From assembly GCA_037138335.1 (NCBI GenBank), contig JBAXIO010000005.1, positions 93,088-157,087 on the forward strand: a stretch of 64,000 bases of DNA. The letters are read 5' to 3'. Origin of the DNA: Bacteroidota bacterium (GTDB taxonomy: Bacteria; Bacteroidota; Bacteroidia; Bacteroidales; FEN-979). This document shows, in pieces, positions 28,559-38,482 of this stretch (position 1 is its first letter; each line of letters starts with the position of its first letter). The position numbers and the translations under genes are program-made. The notes under the pieces are model-generated. The model did not search any database, was not told the origin of the DNA, and worked only from the letters and a program-made list of their open reading frames with translations.

Positions 28559-29737
28559 TCAGCCCCGCTTGGCCCTTTCCCAATTAACCGATTGCTGTTT
28601 CTTTACATACCTTGCGAATCCGAGGTATACGGCAAGATTCATAATGAAAAAATAGTAAGGGATGTATAGCAATTTGATTTTTATCTTCCGCTCTTCAAGG
28701 AACCATCCGAGAATTGCAAGGAAGTAAAAAAGGAGCTGGCCCCAGAAAAGCCAGACATATATGCTGCTGAAATTGAAAAGGCCAGCGGTAAATGTGATGA
28801 TACCCGAGCACACCAGCATAATTAGAAGACCCAGTGGTGCAAGGGTCCATCTAAGAACCCGGTGGGATATATACTGGAAAGAGAGAAGGCCAAACCTGAA
28901 AGGGTTCAGCAATTCCTTCAGCCGTATTACCGATTGAATTCCACCGGCTGAGATCCGGATCTTCCGTTTAAGTTCCTCCCTGACACTTGCAGAAGGGTTT
29001 TCAATAGCATAGGCCTCCGGGTCATATTGTATTGTGTAACCCTGTTCTGCAATCCGCAGTGAAATGATAAAATCATCCAGTAATGTATCCGGCTCTACAG
29101 GCCTGAATAGTTCTGTCCTGAGGGCGAATAACTCGCCTGCAGCCCCAACGACCGAATACAGTTCGGCATCCCATTTTTTCAGGGTGGATTCATACTTCCA
29201 GTAGATTCCCTCCGTAGCTGCTGCAGATTCTTTGTTGAAAACCCTTTTCTCGCCTGAAACACAGCCAACACCCGGCCTTTTGAATAAATTGACTATCCTC
29301 CTTACCGACTCCCGACCGAGCATTGTATTCCCGTCGGAAAAGATCACGATAGGTGTTTTTACAAACTGCATGCCGCGGTTCATTGCGGCAATTTTCCCGG
29401 CTCTCTGGGGTTGGTGATAAACCTCGACGCCCTCATACTTTCTGAGTATGTCGGGAGTGCCGTCATCGGAACCATCGGTGATCCATACATGCCTGACCTT
29501 TTCCCTTGGGTATTCGAGGGAAAAGGAATTCCTGATTTTTTCATCCACAAAGTCTTTTTCATTGTAAGCGGCAACAAACAGCGTTACTTCCGGCTCATAG
29601 CTTTCATCCGTAACAGTTATTTTCTTTGCTGACAGACGTTTTATCCTGATCAGAAAAAACAGAAGGATCCCATATCCCAGATAGGCATAAAAGACGATGA
29701 AAAGAAAAGCCCATACAGTAATTTTCAGTACCATCAT
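28559..29737 (-). CDS. Membrane-integrated family 2 glycosyltransferase
   Basis: N-terminal TM helix, VTLFVAAYNEKD, ITDGSDDGT, IFSDGNT, LLDDFIISL, then about four C-terminal TM helices. Confidence 0.8.
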   Translation of the reverse strand: MMVLKITVWAFLFIVFYAYLGYGILLFFLIRIKRLSAKKITVTDESYEPEVTLFVAAYNEKDFVDEKIRNSFSLEYPREKVRHVWITDGSDDGTPDILRKYEGVEVYHQPQRAGKIAAMNRGMQFVKTPIVIFSDGNTMLGRESVRRIVNLFKRPGVGCVSGEKRVFNKESAAATEGIYWKYESTLKKWDAELYSVVGAAGELFALRTELFRPVEPDTLLDDFIISLRIAEQGYTIQYDPEAYAIENPSASVREELKRKIRISAGGIQSVIRLKELLNPFRFGLLSFQYISHRVLRWTLAPLGLLIMLVCSGIITFTAGLFNFSSIYVWLFWGQLLFYFLAILGWFLEERKIKIKLLYIPYYFFIMNLAVYLGFARYVKKQQSVNWERAKRG

Positions 29738-29759
29738 AAAACAGATATTGAGGTCCTAA

Positions 29760-30419
29760 TTAAATCTTTCGTTCCCATTGTTTTGTTTCAGGATTGTATG
29801 CTTTCAACACCTTTGCAGGATTACCGGCGACAATTGAAAAGGGAGGAACATCTTTGGTTACAATGCTGCCGGCTGCAATCACAGAATGTTTCCCTATGGT
29901 AACCCCGGCAACGATCACTGCATTGGCTCCGATCCAAACCTCATCCTCAACCTTGATCATCGAAGTTGTCTGCTTCTGATGGCTGATTGGTTTTGTCAGG
30001 TCTTCGTAGGAATGATTAAGCCCTGAAAGAACAATGTTCTGGGCAAGCATAATGTCGTTACCAATGGTTACAGGTCCGATCACAGTACAGCTCAGGCCAA
30101 TCCTTGATCGTTCACCAATATAAACAGGGCCTGCGCCGTTATTGACAGTCGCAAAATCCTCGATTGTGGAGTCTTTCCCAAGCACAAAATCATTCCATGG
30201 GAATACATCAATCCTGGTTCTCCTGCGTATGCACGAATGACGGCCCCGTTTATGCTTGAACGGATTCAGGAATAATTTCACCCATAACCTGGGCCTTGCC
30301 TGGTTCTTTGGCGTCAGCAGGTTAATAACGAAAAGTTTCAGTTTCGGATTGGATTTTATCCTGCCCATCAGGGAACCTCCGGCGGAAGCTCCCGGTGCTG
30401 TGCTGCTTTCCTTTTCCAT
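29760..30419 (-). CDS. Hexapeptide-repeat (LbH) sugar O-acetyltransferase
   Basis: Imperfect hexapeptide repeats IGERSRIGLSCTVIGPVTIGNDIMLAQNIVLSG and VWIGANAVIVAGVTIGKHSVIAAGSIVTKDVP. Confidence 0.75.
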   Translation of the reverse strand: MEKESSTAPGASAGGSLMGRIKSNPKLKLFVINLLTPKNQARPRLWVKLFLNPFKHKRGRHSCIRRRTRIDVFPWNDFVLGKDSTIEDFATVNNGAGPVYIGERSRIGLSCTVIGPVTIGNDIMLAQNIVLSGLNHSYEDLTKPISHQKQTTSMIKVEDEVWIGANAVIVAGVTIGKHSVIAAGSIVTKDVPPFSIVAGNPAKVLKAYNPETKQWERKI

Positions 30420-31610
30420 TTATCCTATTGCTTTATAAATTTCATTAACATTTGCTTCCCAGGTGTGGCCCCTTGCAAATTTCTCACGTGCAAGGATCTT
30501 TTCCCTGGAATTTTCTTCTAATGCGAGCCCGATTAAATGTACATAATCCTCTTTCGAGTTTGCCAGGTAGACATGCTCCTTAAACACGCTCATCGCTTCA
30601 GTCTGGGTAGCAACAGCAGGTTTCCCCATGGCAAGATATTCATCGATCTTACGCGGATAATTCCCAACAGTGACTTCGTTCAGTATTTGCGGATTGATTG
30701 CAACATCAAAACAGTTCAGGTAGGGGGGGAGTGAATCCGGCGGTTTGCTCCCAAGGAAGTATACATTGGGGAGTGTATGAAGATCGGAGTTTTTAAATGC
30801 ATCATCCTCCGGGCCTATCAGAACTACGCTCCATCCCGGTCTTTGCCTTGCAATAAAGGAAATGATCCCTATATCGAGCCTCAGCTTGTACAGTACACCA
30901 ATGTAACCTATTACCGGCCTTCTGATATCGGCGATCTCGGCCGGGGCCGGACCTGTGACCAGGTTTGAATCAAACGCGCTGACATCACAACCCTGGCCGA
31001 CATAAACCGAATTAGGGTTGAATTTTTTACAGTAGTTTGCAAGGTAGACCGAGTTCGCGACAGCAAGGTCGGCTTTTTTAATTAGGGCAGCCTCTATTCT
31101 CACTCCCTGCTTCTTCCACCAGTCAACGGCTATCATATTATCCCTTGAGTAATAAATGAATTTAGCCGGTTTCAGAAGGTCTTTGAGGTAAAAACTCCTG
31201 TACATGTCACTGTCACAGAAAATAATAATATTCGTGAACCCGAGAACATTCAAGGCTTTGCTGATCTCTTTGGCAAACCTCCGGTTGTTGACCTTATTCA
31301 GAAAATCAAACACCAGGTTGCTCCCAATCTGGCTGATGGACTCCAGTATGGTCCTGGGATATAAGGTCCATAAGTTATCCTTTATTTTAACCAGCGAATC
31401 CTCTTTCCCCTTTATTACCGACAGCCTTTTAATGATATTGGGATCCTTGCGGTGGCGCATGACCGACATACGGTCTGCGGGGTAATTCACATACAATACT
31501 CTGTGCTTCCGTGAAAATTCATAAGCAAGGTTCACCGGGTTGGAACCTGCAGCATAGTTAATCCCCTGCAGGCTCGTGATTACAATATCCATTGTTCCGC
31601 TGTCATCCAT
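30420..31610 (-). CDS. GT-B fold glycosyltransferase (family 1/4-like, TuaH-like); tandem paralog of 31623..32822
   Basis: C-terminal Rossmann pattern NVYFLGSKP...FDVAINPQILNEVTVGNYPRKIDEYLAMGKPAVAT. Long blocks are shared with the neighbouring gene. Confidence 0.65.
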   Translation of the reverse strand: MDDSGTMDIVITSLQGINYAAGSNPVNLAYEFSRKHRVLYVNYPADRMSVMRHRKDPNIIKRLSVIKGKEDSLVKIKDNLWTLYPRTILESISQIGSNLVFDFLNKVNNRRFAKEISKALNVLGFTNIIIFCDSDMYRSFYLKDLLKPAKFIYYSRDNMIAVDWWKKQGVRIEAALIKKADLAVANSVYLANYCKKFNPNSVYVGQGCDVSAFDSNLVTGPAPAEIADIRRPVIGYIGVLYKLRLDIGIISFIARQRPGWSVVLIGPEDDAFKNSDLHTLPNVYFLGSKPPDSLPPYLNCFDVAINPQILNEVTVGNYPRKIDEYLAMGKPAVATQTEAMSVFKEHVYLANSKEDYVHLIGLALEENSREKILAREKFARGHTWEANVNEIYKAIG

Positions 31611-31622
31611 TGGCGTTGGTTG

Positions 31623-32822
31623 TTATTTCTTAAGAAGCTTTATCTGCTCGTAGATCTTATTGACAAAATTTGCCCAGGAATGGCTCCTGGCAACCCTGAT
31701 CCGGTCCTTCCTCTTTTCAGGGCTGTCCTCTGCCAGGGCTTTCCCTATCTCTGTGATGTAATCCTCCTTGGTTGGTGCCAGGTATGAATCTTTGGAGAAA
31801 TAGAAATTCATAAACCATGTCTTGGTAGCAACAACAGGTACTCCCATAGCAAGATATTCATCCAGTTTCAGAGGATAATTGATATTGGTAATTTCATTTA
31901 TGATCTGTGGATTTATAGCAACATCAAACCCCTTGACATAGCCTGGTAATTCAGTCCCGGGTTTTCCCCCGAGAAAATAAACATTTTTAAGCTGGTGAAG
32001 TTTGCTGTCCCTGAAGGCCTGGTCTTCGGGCCCAACAAGCACCATGCTCCAGTCGGGGCGCTGTTCTGCAACATACTCAAGGAGCTCAATATCGAGCCGG
32101 ATACTTGTGAGATTCCCGGTATACCCTATCCGCGGATGGGGTATTGTGCTGAGTTCATCAGGAACCTTCAGCGTTCCATCATCATCCCGGTACAGATCAA
32201 TATCACAACCCTGTCCGATAAAATGTGAATTTGGATTGAATTTGGTTGCATAGTCGGAGAAGTAAGGCGAATTGGTTACTACGAGGTCAGATTTTTTAAT
32301 CAGCAGTGGTTCCAGCCTCACACCATGCCTGGCGTGATAGGCTACTTTCGTGACATGGTCCCTGAGAAAATACAGCTGAACTGCAGGTTTTAGAAGTTCT
32401 TTAAAATTAAAACCATTGATCATCGATGTATCATTAAGAACGATATAATCCTTAAAATTCAACCTGTCGATGGCGGTTTTAACCTGTCGGGCAAAACGTC
32501 TGTCGTTCATTTTATTCAATGAATCGAAAAGCCCGGGATTGGAAATCCAGTTTACAGACTCAAGGACTGTCTTCGGATAAAGCACCCAGAGGTTCTTATT
32601 GATCTGCACCAGGTCTTCATCCTTCCCGCTGAATACCTTGCGGTATTTTATGCTCTCCGGGGCATCGCGTCTGAAAAGCTGAAAACTCCTTTGCAGGGGA
32701 GTATCAAGAAAGATAACCCTGTTTGTCTTGCATAGTTCCATCGTAATATATTTGAGAACGGTGGCTACGAAAGTATCCCATGGCTGAATACTGTGCACGA
32801 TAAAATCTCTTCCTGTTGGCAT
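31623..32822 (-). CDS. GT-B fold glycosyltransferase (family 1/4-like, TuaH-like); tandem paralog of 30420..31610
   Basis: NVYFLGGKP...FDVAINPQIINEITNINYPLKLDEYLAMGVPVVAT and FNPNSHFIGQGCD, matching FNPNSVYVGQGCD in the paralog. Confidence 0.65.
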   Translation of the reverse strand: MPTGRDFIVHSIQPWDTFVATVLKYITMELCKTNRVIFLDTPLQRSFQLFRRDAPESIKYRKVFSGKDEDLVQINKNLWVLYPKTVLESVNWISNPGLFDSLNKMNDRRFARQVKTAIDRLNFKDYIVLNDTSMINGFNFKELLKPAVQLYFLRDHVTKVAYHARHGVRLEPLLIKKSDLVVTNSPYFSDYATKFNPNSHFIGQGCDIDLYRDDDGTLKVPDELSTIPHPRIGYTGNLTSIRLDIELLEYVAEQRPDWSMVLVGPEDQAFRDSKLHQLKNVYFLGGKPGTELPGYVKGFDVAINPQIINEITNINYPLKLDEYLAMGVPVVATKTWFMNFYFSKDSYLAPTKEDYITEIGKALAEDSPEKRKDRIRVARSHSWANFVNKIYEQIKLLKK

Positions 32823-32832
32823 ATAGATAGTA

Positions 32833-33972
32833 TTATTTGTTTGAAATTATTTCATTATAAACCTGTATGACACCAAGAGTCATATTTTTCCAGGTGAATT
32901 TTTTAGCCTGTTCCAGGCCTCCAGCAATCAGGCCTGATCGTAAAGCCTTATCAGACAGTAATCTGAACATGTTTTCGGTAATCTGTTCCGGTTTAAAGGG
33001 GTCAATGAACAAAGCAGCATTCCCAGCCACTTCCGGCATAGATGAAGTATTGGAAGTGATCACGGGCGTGCCGCATGCCATTGCTTCAAGCATTGGGATA
33101 CCAAAGCTTTCCCTTAGAGACGGGTATAAAAAGACAGTGCTGAGGCTGTATATCCCCGGAAGTTCAGTATTCGGGACATACCCGGTAAGGATTATATGTT
33201 CGTGCAATGAAGGGTCGCCCACATCCTCTATGAGTTTTGCCAGTGCTTCCCTGTCGTAATCAAGCATTACGAGCGGTATTTTTTCAACAGATGCCTTAAG
33301 GAACAGCGACAATGCCTTCAGTACCCCCCTGGTGTTCTTCTTCGGATCAGTATTCCCGAAGAAAAAGAAAAACCTGTCGGGAAGCTTGTATTTTTTCTTT
33401 ACAGCATTCAGGCTTGCCGGGTCGGTAACCGGCTTGAAATGTTCGCTTACACCATTGTATATTGCTTGAACTTTTTCAGGGCCGATTTTAAAGAAATCAG
33501 CAATCCTTTGTTTTTCAAATTCCGAAACCGTGATCAGTTTCTTACATTTCCTGACAACCCCGGGAACTACCATCCTGCGGTAAAGGTTCCCGAATTTCTG
33601 ATAATTTGTAAATCCCTGGCTCAGCAGGCTGAGCTTCTCCATGTAGATGATATCATGCAATGTGACTACAAGCGGAATTGCAGTTGAAAGGGGGGCCGTA
33701 TTGCTGGTGCAATGCAGGATGTCGCAGTTGGCTTTCTTTGCAGCCGATGGAAGGACAAACTGTTCCCAAACAGGGTATGGAGCATCCCTCAGTTTGACAA
33801 TTTTGAAGTTCCCTCCCGAATGCAGGCATTCATCTTCATCCTGTTTGACAAATACAAAGTATTCGTTTGTTGTATCAATGAGCTGGAGGTTCCTGATAAG
33901 TTCGAGGGCAACCATATCCATCCCATGTTTCTTTTTTCTGAATAACCGCTGTCCTTCAATACCGATTCGCAT
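32833..33972 (-). CDS. Family 4 (GT-B) glycosyltransferase
   Basis: EX7E motif region YPSLRESFGIPMLEAMACGTPVITSNTSSMPEVAG. Confidence 0.85.
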   Translation of the reverse strand: MRIGIEGQRLFRKKKHGMDMVALELIRNLQLIDTTNEYFVFVKQDEDECLHSGGNFKIVKLRDAPYPVWEQFVLPSAAKKANCDILHCTSNTAPLSTAIPLVVTLHDIIYMEKLSLLSQGFTNYQKFGNLYRRMVVPGVVRKCKKLITVSEFEKQRIADFFKIGPEKVQAIYNGVSEHFKPVTDPASLNAVKKKYKLPDRFFFFFGNTDPKKNTRGVLKALSLFLKASVEKIPLVMLDYDREALAKLIEDVGDPSLHEHIILTGYVPNTELPGIYSLSTVFLYPSLRESFGIPMLEAMACGTPVITSNTSSMPEVAGNAALFIDPFKPEQITENMFRLLSDKALRSGLIAGGLEQAKKFTWKNMTLGVIQVYNEIISNK

Positions 33973-33984
33973 GATATTATGTTT

Positions 33985-35169
33985 CTAAAGGGTCTGAATG
34001 TCGTGCTCTGTATGGATAAAATGCTTGTCTTTTTTATGTATTTTAAACAATAGTGAAAACATTAAAATGAAAGCCATTGGCAGGTACAGCAAAGCGAAGA
34101 TGGTTTCTTTTCTGTAGAAATCAATTGGAGTGGATATAAGGATCGACATAGCGCATGCTATAAAGGAACAGAACCATAGCAAGCTGAACACAGGGGTGTA
34201 TAAAAAGATATTTGCTATACTGACCAGGCCGAGTATCCCAAGCAATAAAACCCTCGGAAGTAAAGAGAACTGCAAAGTTTTGTCAAAGTAATTAATATTC
34301 CCGTGCCTGATAAATGACCACAAACTTGGAATGAAATCCCTCCCGAAATAGACCACTTGTGAGGTCATCCAGCGTTTCCTTTGCTTGTAAAAGACTTTGG
34401 ATGTCTGGACTTTCTCATCCAGAACAAATGCATCTTCAAGATACGCAATAAAAATGCCGTCGCTCAGTAATTTCAGCTCAAGCTCTTTGTCAAAACCGCC
34501 AATTGCCGTCAACTGTGGGATATATTTACGATAAATCTCAACATCGAAGGCCATTGCAGAACCGATCAGTGCCGATGAAAGTCCTATAGCGACATGGCCA
34601 CTCCTGAAGATATTGTTGTTTACCTCCTCACTGATCGCATCCAGGAGGGCAAACGGCGTATTCGTATTTTTAGCAGAACGATGGCATTGTACAACCATGT
34701 ATCCCGAATCAAGTGAAAGGTTCAGTTTCCTCAGGAAACTCATTTCCATGAGGTTATCTGCATCCAGAATTACAACTATCTCGGTGCTTTTGTGCAAATG
34801 TGCATTGGCAAGCTTCAGTGACTGAACTTTGGTACTTTCTTCAAACCTGGCTTGTACCAGTTTGATAGGATACTGGCTGAGACGTTGAAGGGATTCGTCA
34901 GTAAAATTATCTGCTATCAGCAGGATTTCAACCATCTCACCAGGATAGTCCTGCTGCAAGGCCGATTTGATTACTGCATCCATGATAAGATCTTCCTTGA
35001 ACGCAGTAATCACAATAGTAATACGCCTGAACCTGTTGAATGCATTTTGTTTCGTTTCGGGCTTGAATACAGCGCAAAGGGCAAAGAACAGCAAATAGAG
35101 GGCATTGCCTCCGAGATAAGCTAAAACTATGACCTGGAAAATATTAATAATAGTATGGTAGCTTTGCAT
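33985..35169 (-). CDS. Membrane-embedded family 2 glycosyltransferase with synthase-like architecture; tandem paralog of 35200..36387
   Basis: N-terminal TM helix, VITAFKED, ILDADNLME, QRKRW motif (YKQRKRWMTSQ), then several C-terminal TM helices. Confidence 0.75.
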   Translation of the reverse strand: MQSYHTIINIFQVIVLAYLGGNALYLLFFALCAVFKPETKQNAFNRFRRITIVITAFKEDLIMDAVIKSALQQDYPGEMVEILLIADNFTDESLQRLSQYPIKLVQARFEESTKVQSLKLANAHLHKSTEIVVILDADNLMEMSFLRKLNLSLDSGYMVVQCHRSAKNTNTPFALLDAISEEVNNNIFRSGHVAIGLSSALIGSAMAFDVEIYRKYIPQLTAIGGFDKELELKLLSDGIFIAYLEDAFVLDEKVQTSKVFYKQRKRWMTSQVVYFGRDFIPSLWSFIRHGNINYFDKTLQFSLLPRVLLLGILGLVSIANIFLYTPVFSLLWFCSFIACAMSILISTPIDFYRKETIFALLYLPMAFILMFSLLFKIHKKDKHFIHTEHDIQTL

Positions 35170-35199
35170 TGCCCTGTTTTCTGTATAATTACTTTGAGA

Positions 35200-36387
35200 T
35201 TATTTCTCCACGCCATGAACGGTATGGTCCCACTTCTTTTTCGCTTGATAGATCCTCGTAAGTGAGAGTAACATCATGAAAAATCCTTTTGGTAAAAGAA
35301 AAATGGCCTTAAAGGTGGTGAAATTGTAAAACCTTCTCGGGGTTGAAAACATAAGGGTCAGAATGCATATGACAGTAAGAGCCAGCCAGGCCCATGTATA
35401 CAGTATGGGATTCAGCAGCCACGACATCGCGGTTAACAGGATCAGGAATCCAAGAAGGAATATCCTTGGGGGCAGTAATTGCTGGATTACTTTATCAAGG
35501 AAGTCAATATTCCCCTTGGTAAACAGTTCTTTTATCCCCGGCAGGAAATAGAGCTTTGCAAATATAAACTGTGTTGCAAGCCAGCGGGCTCTCTGCACCA
35601 TAAATACATTTGACTTTTGTACTTTCTCATCATAAACAATGGCATCATTTACATAAGCGATCTTGATCTGATCTTTGATCATTCTCATCTCAAGTTCTTT
35701 TTCTTCTCCAAGAATGAAATCCATATTTGTTATATAATCCTTGAACAAGGCATAGTCAAAAGCCATTCCCGAACCAATCAGGGCAGAAGAAAGTCCTAAT
35801 ACCCAATGACCTTTTCTGAATATCTGGTTGTTGATCTCTTCACTCACTGTATCCAGCACTGCAAATGCCGTATTCTGGTTTTTAGCTGTCCTGTGCACCT
35901 GGATGGCCTTATACCCGAGGTTCATGGCATTGTTCATTTTCCCGAGACAATCCCGTTCCATTATGTTATCGGCATCCAGAATCAATGCAATATCATAATT
36001 CCCTTCCAGCCTTTTTACGGCTTCCTTAAGCGCTTTTGCCTTGGAACTGTTCTCAAAAACCACTTCCATCACCTGGATCGGGAGTTTGCGCAGTTCTGCA
36101 AGGGTCCCGGGGGAGAAGCTGTCGGCAATAATTATAATATCATAGCGTTCCCTGGGGTAATCCTGTTCAAGGGCCTGCCTGGCAACTTCAATGATAACCG
36201 AATCTTCTTTGTAGCCCGGGATAAGCACGGCAAAGCGATTGAGCTTTTTGTTTTCGGGAACAGTTTGTCTGATAGGGAAAAGACCGGCTATAGAGAAGAT
36301 TAAAAAATAAATAGTGGTAAGGAATAAATATGTAAAAAGAACCACTTGTAAACCGATAAAAACCCACTTTAATATTTCAAGTATCAT
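35200..36387 (-). CDS. Membrane-embedded family 2 glycosyltransferase with synthase-like architecture; tandem paralog of 33985..35169
   Basis: N-terminal TM helix, LIPGYKED, ILDADNIME, QRARW motif (VQRARWLATQ), then several C-terminal TM helices. Confidence 0.75.
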   Translation of the reverse strand: MILEILKWVFIGLQVVLFTYLFLTTIYFLIFSIAGLFPIRQTVPENKKLNRFAVLIPGYKEDSVIIEVARQALEQDYPRERYDIIIIADSFSPGTLAELRKLPIQVMEVVFENSSKAKALKEAVKRLEGNYDIALILDADNIMERDCLGKMNNAMNLGYKAIQVHRTAKNQNTAFAVLDTVSEEINNQIFRKGHWVLGLSSALIGSGMAFDYALFKDYITNMDFILGEEKELEMRMIKDQIKIAYVNDAIVYDEKVQKSNVFMVQRARWLATQFIFAKLYFLPGIKELFTKGNIDFLDKVIQQLLPPRIFLLGFLILLTAMSWLLNPILYTWAWLALTVICILTLMFSTPRRFYNFTTFKAIFLLPKGFFMMLLSLTRIYQAKKKWDHTVHGVEK

Positions 36388-36458
36388 ATTAAAAGTTTAA
36401 TGATTAGCCGAATACTAATGCAAATATAATTGAAACACGAAGCGAATCCAAAAGATTA

Positions 36459-37382
36459 TTATAAATATGGATTGTCGTGAATGTGTGGATTGACAATGTT
36501 TTTCAGATGCCATCCAATGGCCCGGAGGTAGGCATGAAAGTAGGTCAACTTTCCTTTGAGAAGGTACTTGAATGCGTTCTTTGGAATGGCGACTGCAAGC
36601 TGATACAGGATACCGACCTGAAAATCTTTTCCTGTTACGTTTCTCCTCATGAAAACAATCCTGTTCCTGTTCTGATAATATACTTTGGAAGCGCTGAGTT
36701 TCCCAACCGATACAGATTCCTTGTGATAAACAAGTGAGTTGTGGACGTACCAGATGGTGTACCCTGCATTTTTGATGCGGTAGCTCCAATCAGCTTCTTC
36801 ATAATAAAGAAAGAAAATATAGGACATTATTCCTATTTCCTTTATTACCTTCATTGAAACCATCATTGCAGCGCCATGGGCGTATGGAGTTATCCTGTCG
36901 GCATCATGCTGGCCTTTATCTTTCTCCCGGTAACCTATTGCAAAACTCCTCATGGTATGATGGTCGATAGGCGTATAGCCCGCAAACTGTATTATCGAGC
37001 GGTCGTAATAAAACCTTAGTTTGGAACTTACACAGCCTATTTTTGGGTCTGATTGCATCTTCCTGACAAGAGGCTCGAGAAAACCCTTTTCAACAATCGT
37101 ATCGTTATTCAGGAGCAGGACATATTCCCCCCTTGCCCTCATAATCCCAAGATTATTGCCACCCGCGAATCCCATATTGATATTGCTTTCATAGAGGGTA
37201 ACAGAGGGGAACCTCTCTTTTATTATCCGGGGAGTATCATTTTCGGAATGATTGTCAACAACGATGATCTCAAAATTAGGATATGTAATTTTGGTAAGGG
37301 ATTCAATCATTTCAAGGGTATCTTCCGAACCGTTGAAATTCACAGTGATAATTGAAACCAGTGGAAATTGAGGGGCTGTCAT
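36459..37382 (-). CDS. Soluble family 2 glycosyltransferase (rhamnosyl/WbbL-like class); tandem paralog of 37384..38313
   Basis: FPLVSIITVNFNGSEDT, IIVVDNHSEND, GFAGGNNLGI, LLLNNDT, FFLYYEEADW. Confidence 0.85.
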   Translation of the reverse strand: MTAPQFPLVSIITVNFNGSEDTLEMIESLTKITYPNFEIIVVDNHSENDTPRIIKERFPSVTLYESNINMGFAGGNNLGIMRARGEYVLLLNNDTIVEKGFLEPLVRKMQSDPKIGCVSSKLRFYYDRSIIQFAGYTPIDHHTMRSFAIGYREKDKGQHDADRITPYAHGAAMMVSMKVIKEIGIMSYIFFLYYEEADWSYRIKNAGYTIWYVHNSLVYHKESVSVGKLSASKVYYQNRNRIVFMRRNVTGKDFQVGILYQLAVAIPKNAFKYLLKGKLTYFHAYLRAIGWHLKNIVNPHIHDNPYL

Positions 37383-37383
37383 T

Positions 37384-38313
37384 TCAGTCCAGGTTTGGGC
37401 TTTTATGCAAATCCCGGTTGAAGGAATTGCTTATTTGCCATCCGATGGCATTTTTGTATGCTTTGAACAGCTTGAACTGACCTTTCATCAGAAAAACGAG
37501 TATGTTTTTCGGAACAGCTACAAGGAACTGGTAAATCAGTGCAAGGATAAACAGGGGGCCATGAACATTGCGTCTCAGGTACAGCAGGCGGTTTCGGTTC
37601 AGGTAGTATATTTTCAGGGGGCTCATTGTCCCTGTCGTAATGGAGTCCTTATGGAAGATCAATGAATTATGAACGTATCCGATCTTATAACCTGCGTCTT
37701 TGATCCTCTGCATCCAGTCCATTTCTTCATAATACAGGAAAAAGATATCAGCCATTAACCCGACTTTTTTCATTACCTCTAGCGGGATCATCATGGCTGC
37801 GCCATAAGCGTATTCAGTATAGGAATCCCGGTCATGCTGTCCTTTATCGGTCTCCTGGAAACCAATCCCCCTGTTTCTTACCGTTATCGGGTTAATCGCT
37901 GTAAATCCGGCATATTGTATTAATTCAGGATGGTAGAAGTACCTGATTTTGGGACTTACAACGCCCAGTGAAGGATCGAGCTGAAGCTTTGACACGAGAG
38001 GTTCAATGAACCCGGGATCAACTTCCGTGTCATTATTTATCAGCAGATGGAACTTCCCTTTTGCAACCCTGATCCCAAGGTTATTACCTCCTGCGAATCC
38101 CAGGTTCTCCTTGCTTTCAATTAAAATGATATCCGGATGTTTTTCTTTAAGAATTGCAGGTTTTTTGGTAGGGGATGCATTATCAACGACAATTATCTCG
38201 TAGGAGGGGTAAGAAATCTTTTTAATTGAGTCAAGAAAAGCAAGTGTAACCTCTGGCTGGTTATAATTTACCGTGATTATTGAAACCATTGGAAATTTAT
38301 CTGCCATAGACAT
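37384..38313 (-). CDS. Soluble family 2 glycosyltransferase; tandem paralog of 36459..37382
   Basis: FPMVSIITVNYNQPEVT, IIVVDNASP, GFAGGNNLGI, LLINNDT, FFLYYEEMDW. By eye it is roughly half identical to its neighbour along the full length. Confidence 0.85.
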   Translation of the reverse strand: MSMADKFPMVSIITVNYNQPEVTLAFLDSIKKISYPSYEIIVVDNASPTKKPAILKEKHPDIILIESKENLGFAGGNNLGIRVAKGKFHLLINNDTEVDPGFIEPLVSKLQLDPSLGVVSPKIRYFYHPELIQYAGFTAINPITVRNRGIGFQETDKGQHDRDSYTEYAYGAAMMIPLEVMKKVGLMADIFFLYYEEMDWMQRIKDAGYKIGYVHNSLIFHKDSITTGTMSPLKIYYLNRNRLLYLRRNVHGPLFILALIYQFLVAVPKNILVFLMKGQFKLFKAYKNAIGWQISNSFNRDLHKSPNLD

Positions 38314-38346
38314 TAAGCTTAAGTAACATTGTTAACCTTCCGAGTT

Positions 38347-38475
38347 TCAGTAGAGAGATTTTTTATCTTCCTCCTCACGTTCCTGTTGCCTTCTATGCTG
38401 CAACATTGCTACAATAAACCCAAGCGGGGTAAAAAGAATAAATCCTATCATCATATGAACGACTACGCCTGTCAT
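38347..38475 (-). CDS. Candidate 42-aa single-pass membrane peptide (not in the ORF track)
   Basis: Hand translation: MTGVVVHMMIGFILFTPLGFIVAMLQHRRQQEREEEDKKSLY. ATG lies 7 nt after the Wzy-like stop; hydrophobic helix followed by a charged tail; fills an otherwise unexplained 169-nt gap in a tightly packed operon. Confidence 0.35.
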   Translation of the reverse strand: MTGVVVHMMIGFILFTPLGFIVAMLQHRRQQEREEEDKKSLY

Positions 38476-38482
38476 CTGGATT

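Noticed and set aside
28559-29737. GT2 with C-terminal TM helices; considered as a processive synthase (BcsA/PgaC/HAS-like).
   Set aside because: At the expected position the sequence reads LKRKIRISAGG rather than a clear QxxRW motif, so I do not claim processivity for this gene. The two GT2s at 33985 and 35200 do carry QRxRW.
36415-36789. 124-aa minus-strand ORF overlapping the 3' end of the GT2 gene at 36459..37382 and part of the 71-nt gap.
   Set aside because: It is out of frame with a motif-bearing glycosyltransferase, its composition is Cys/His/Arg-rich and atypical, and it has no recognisable domain. Most likely spurious.
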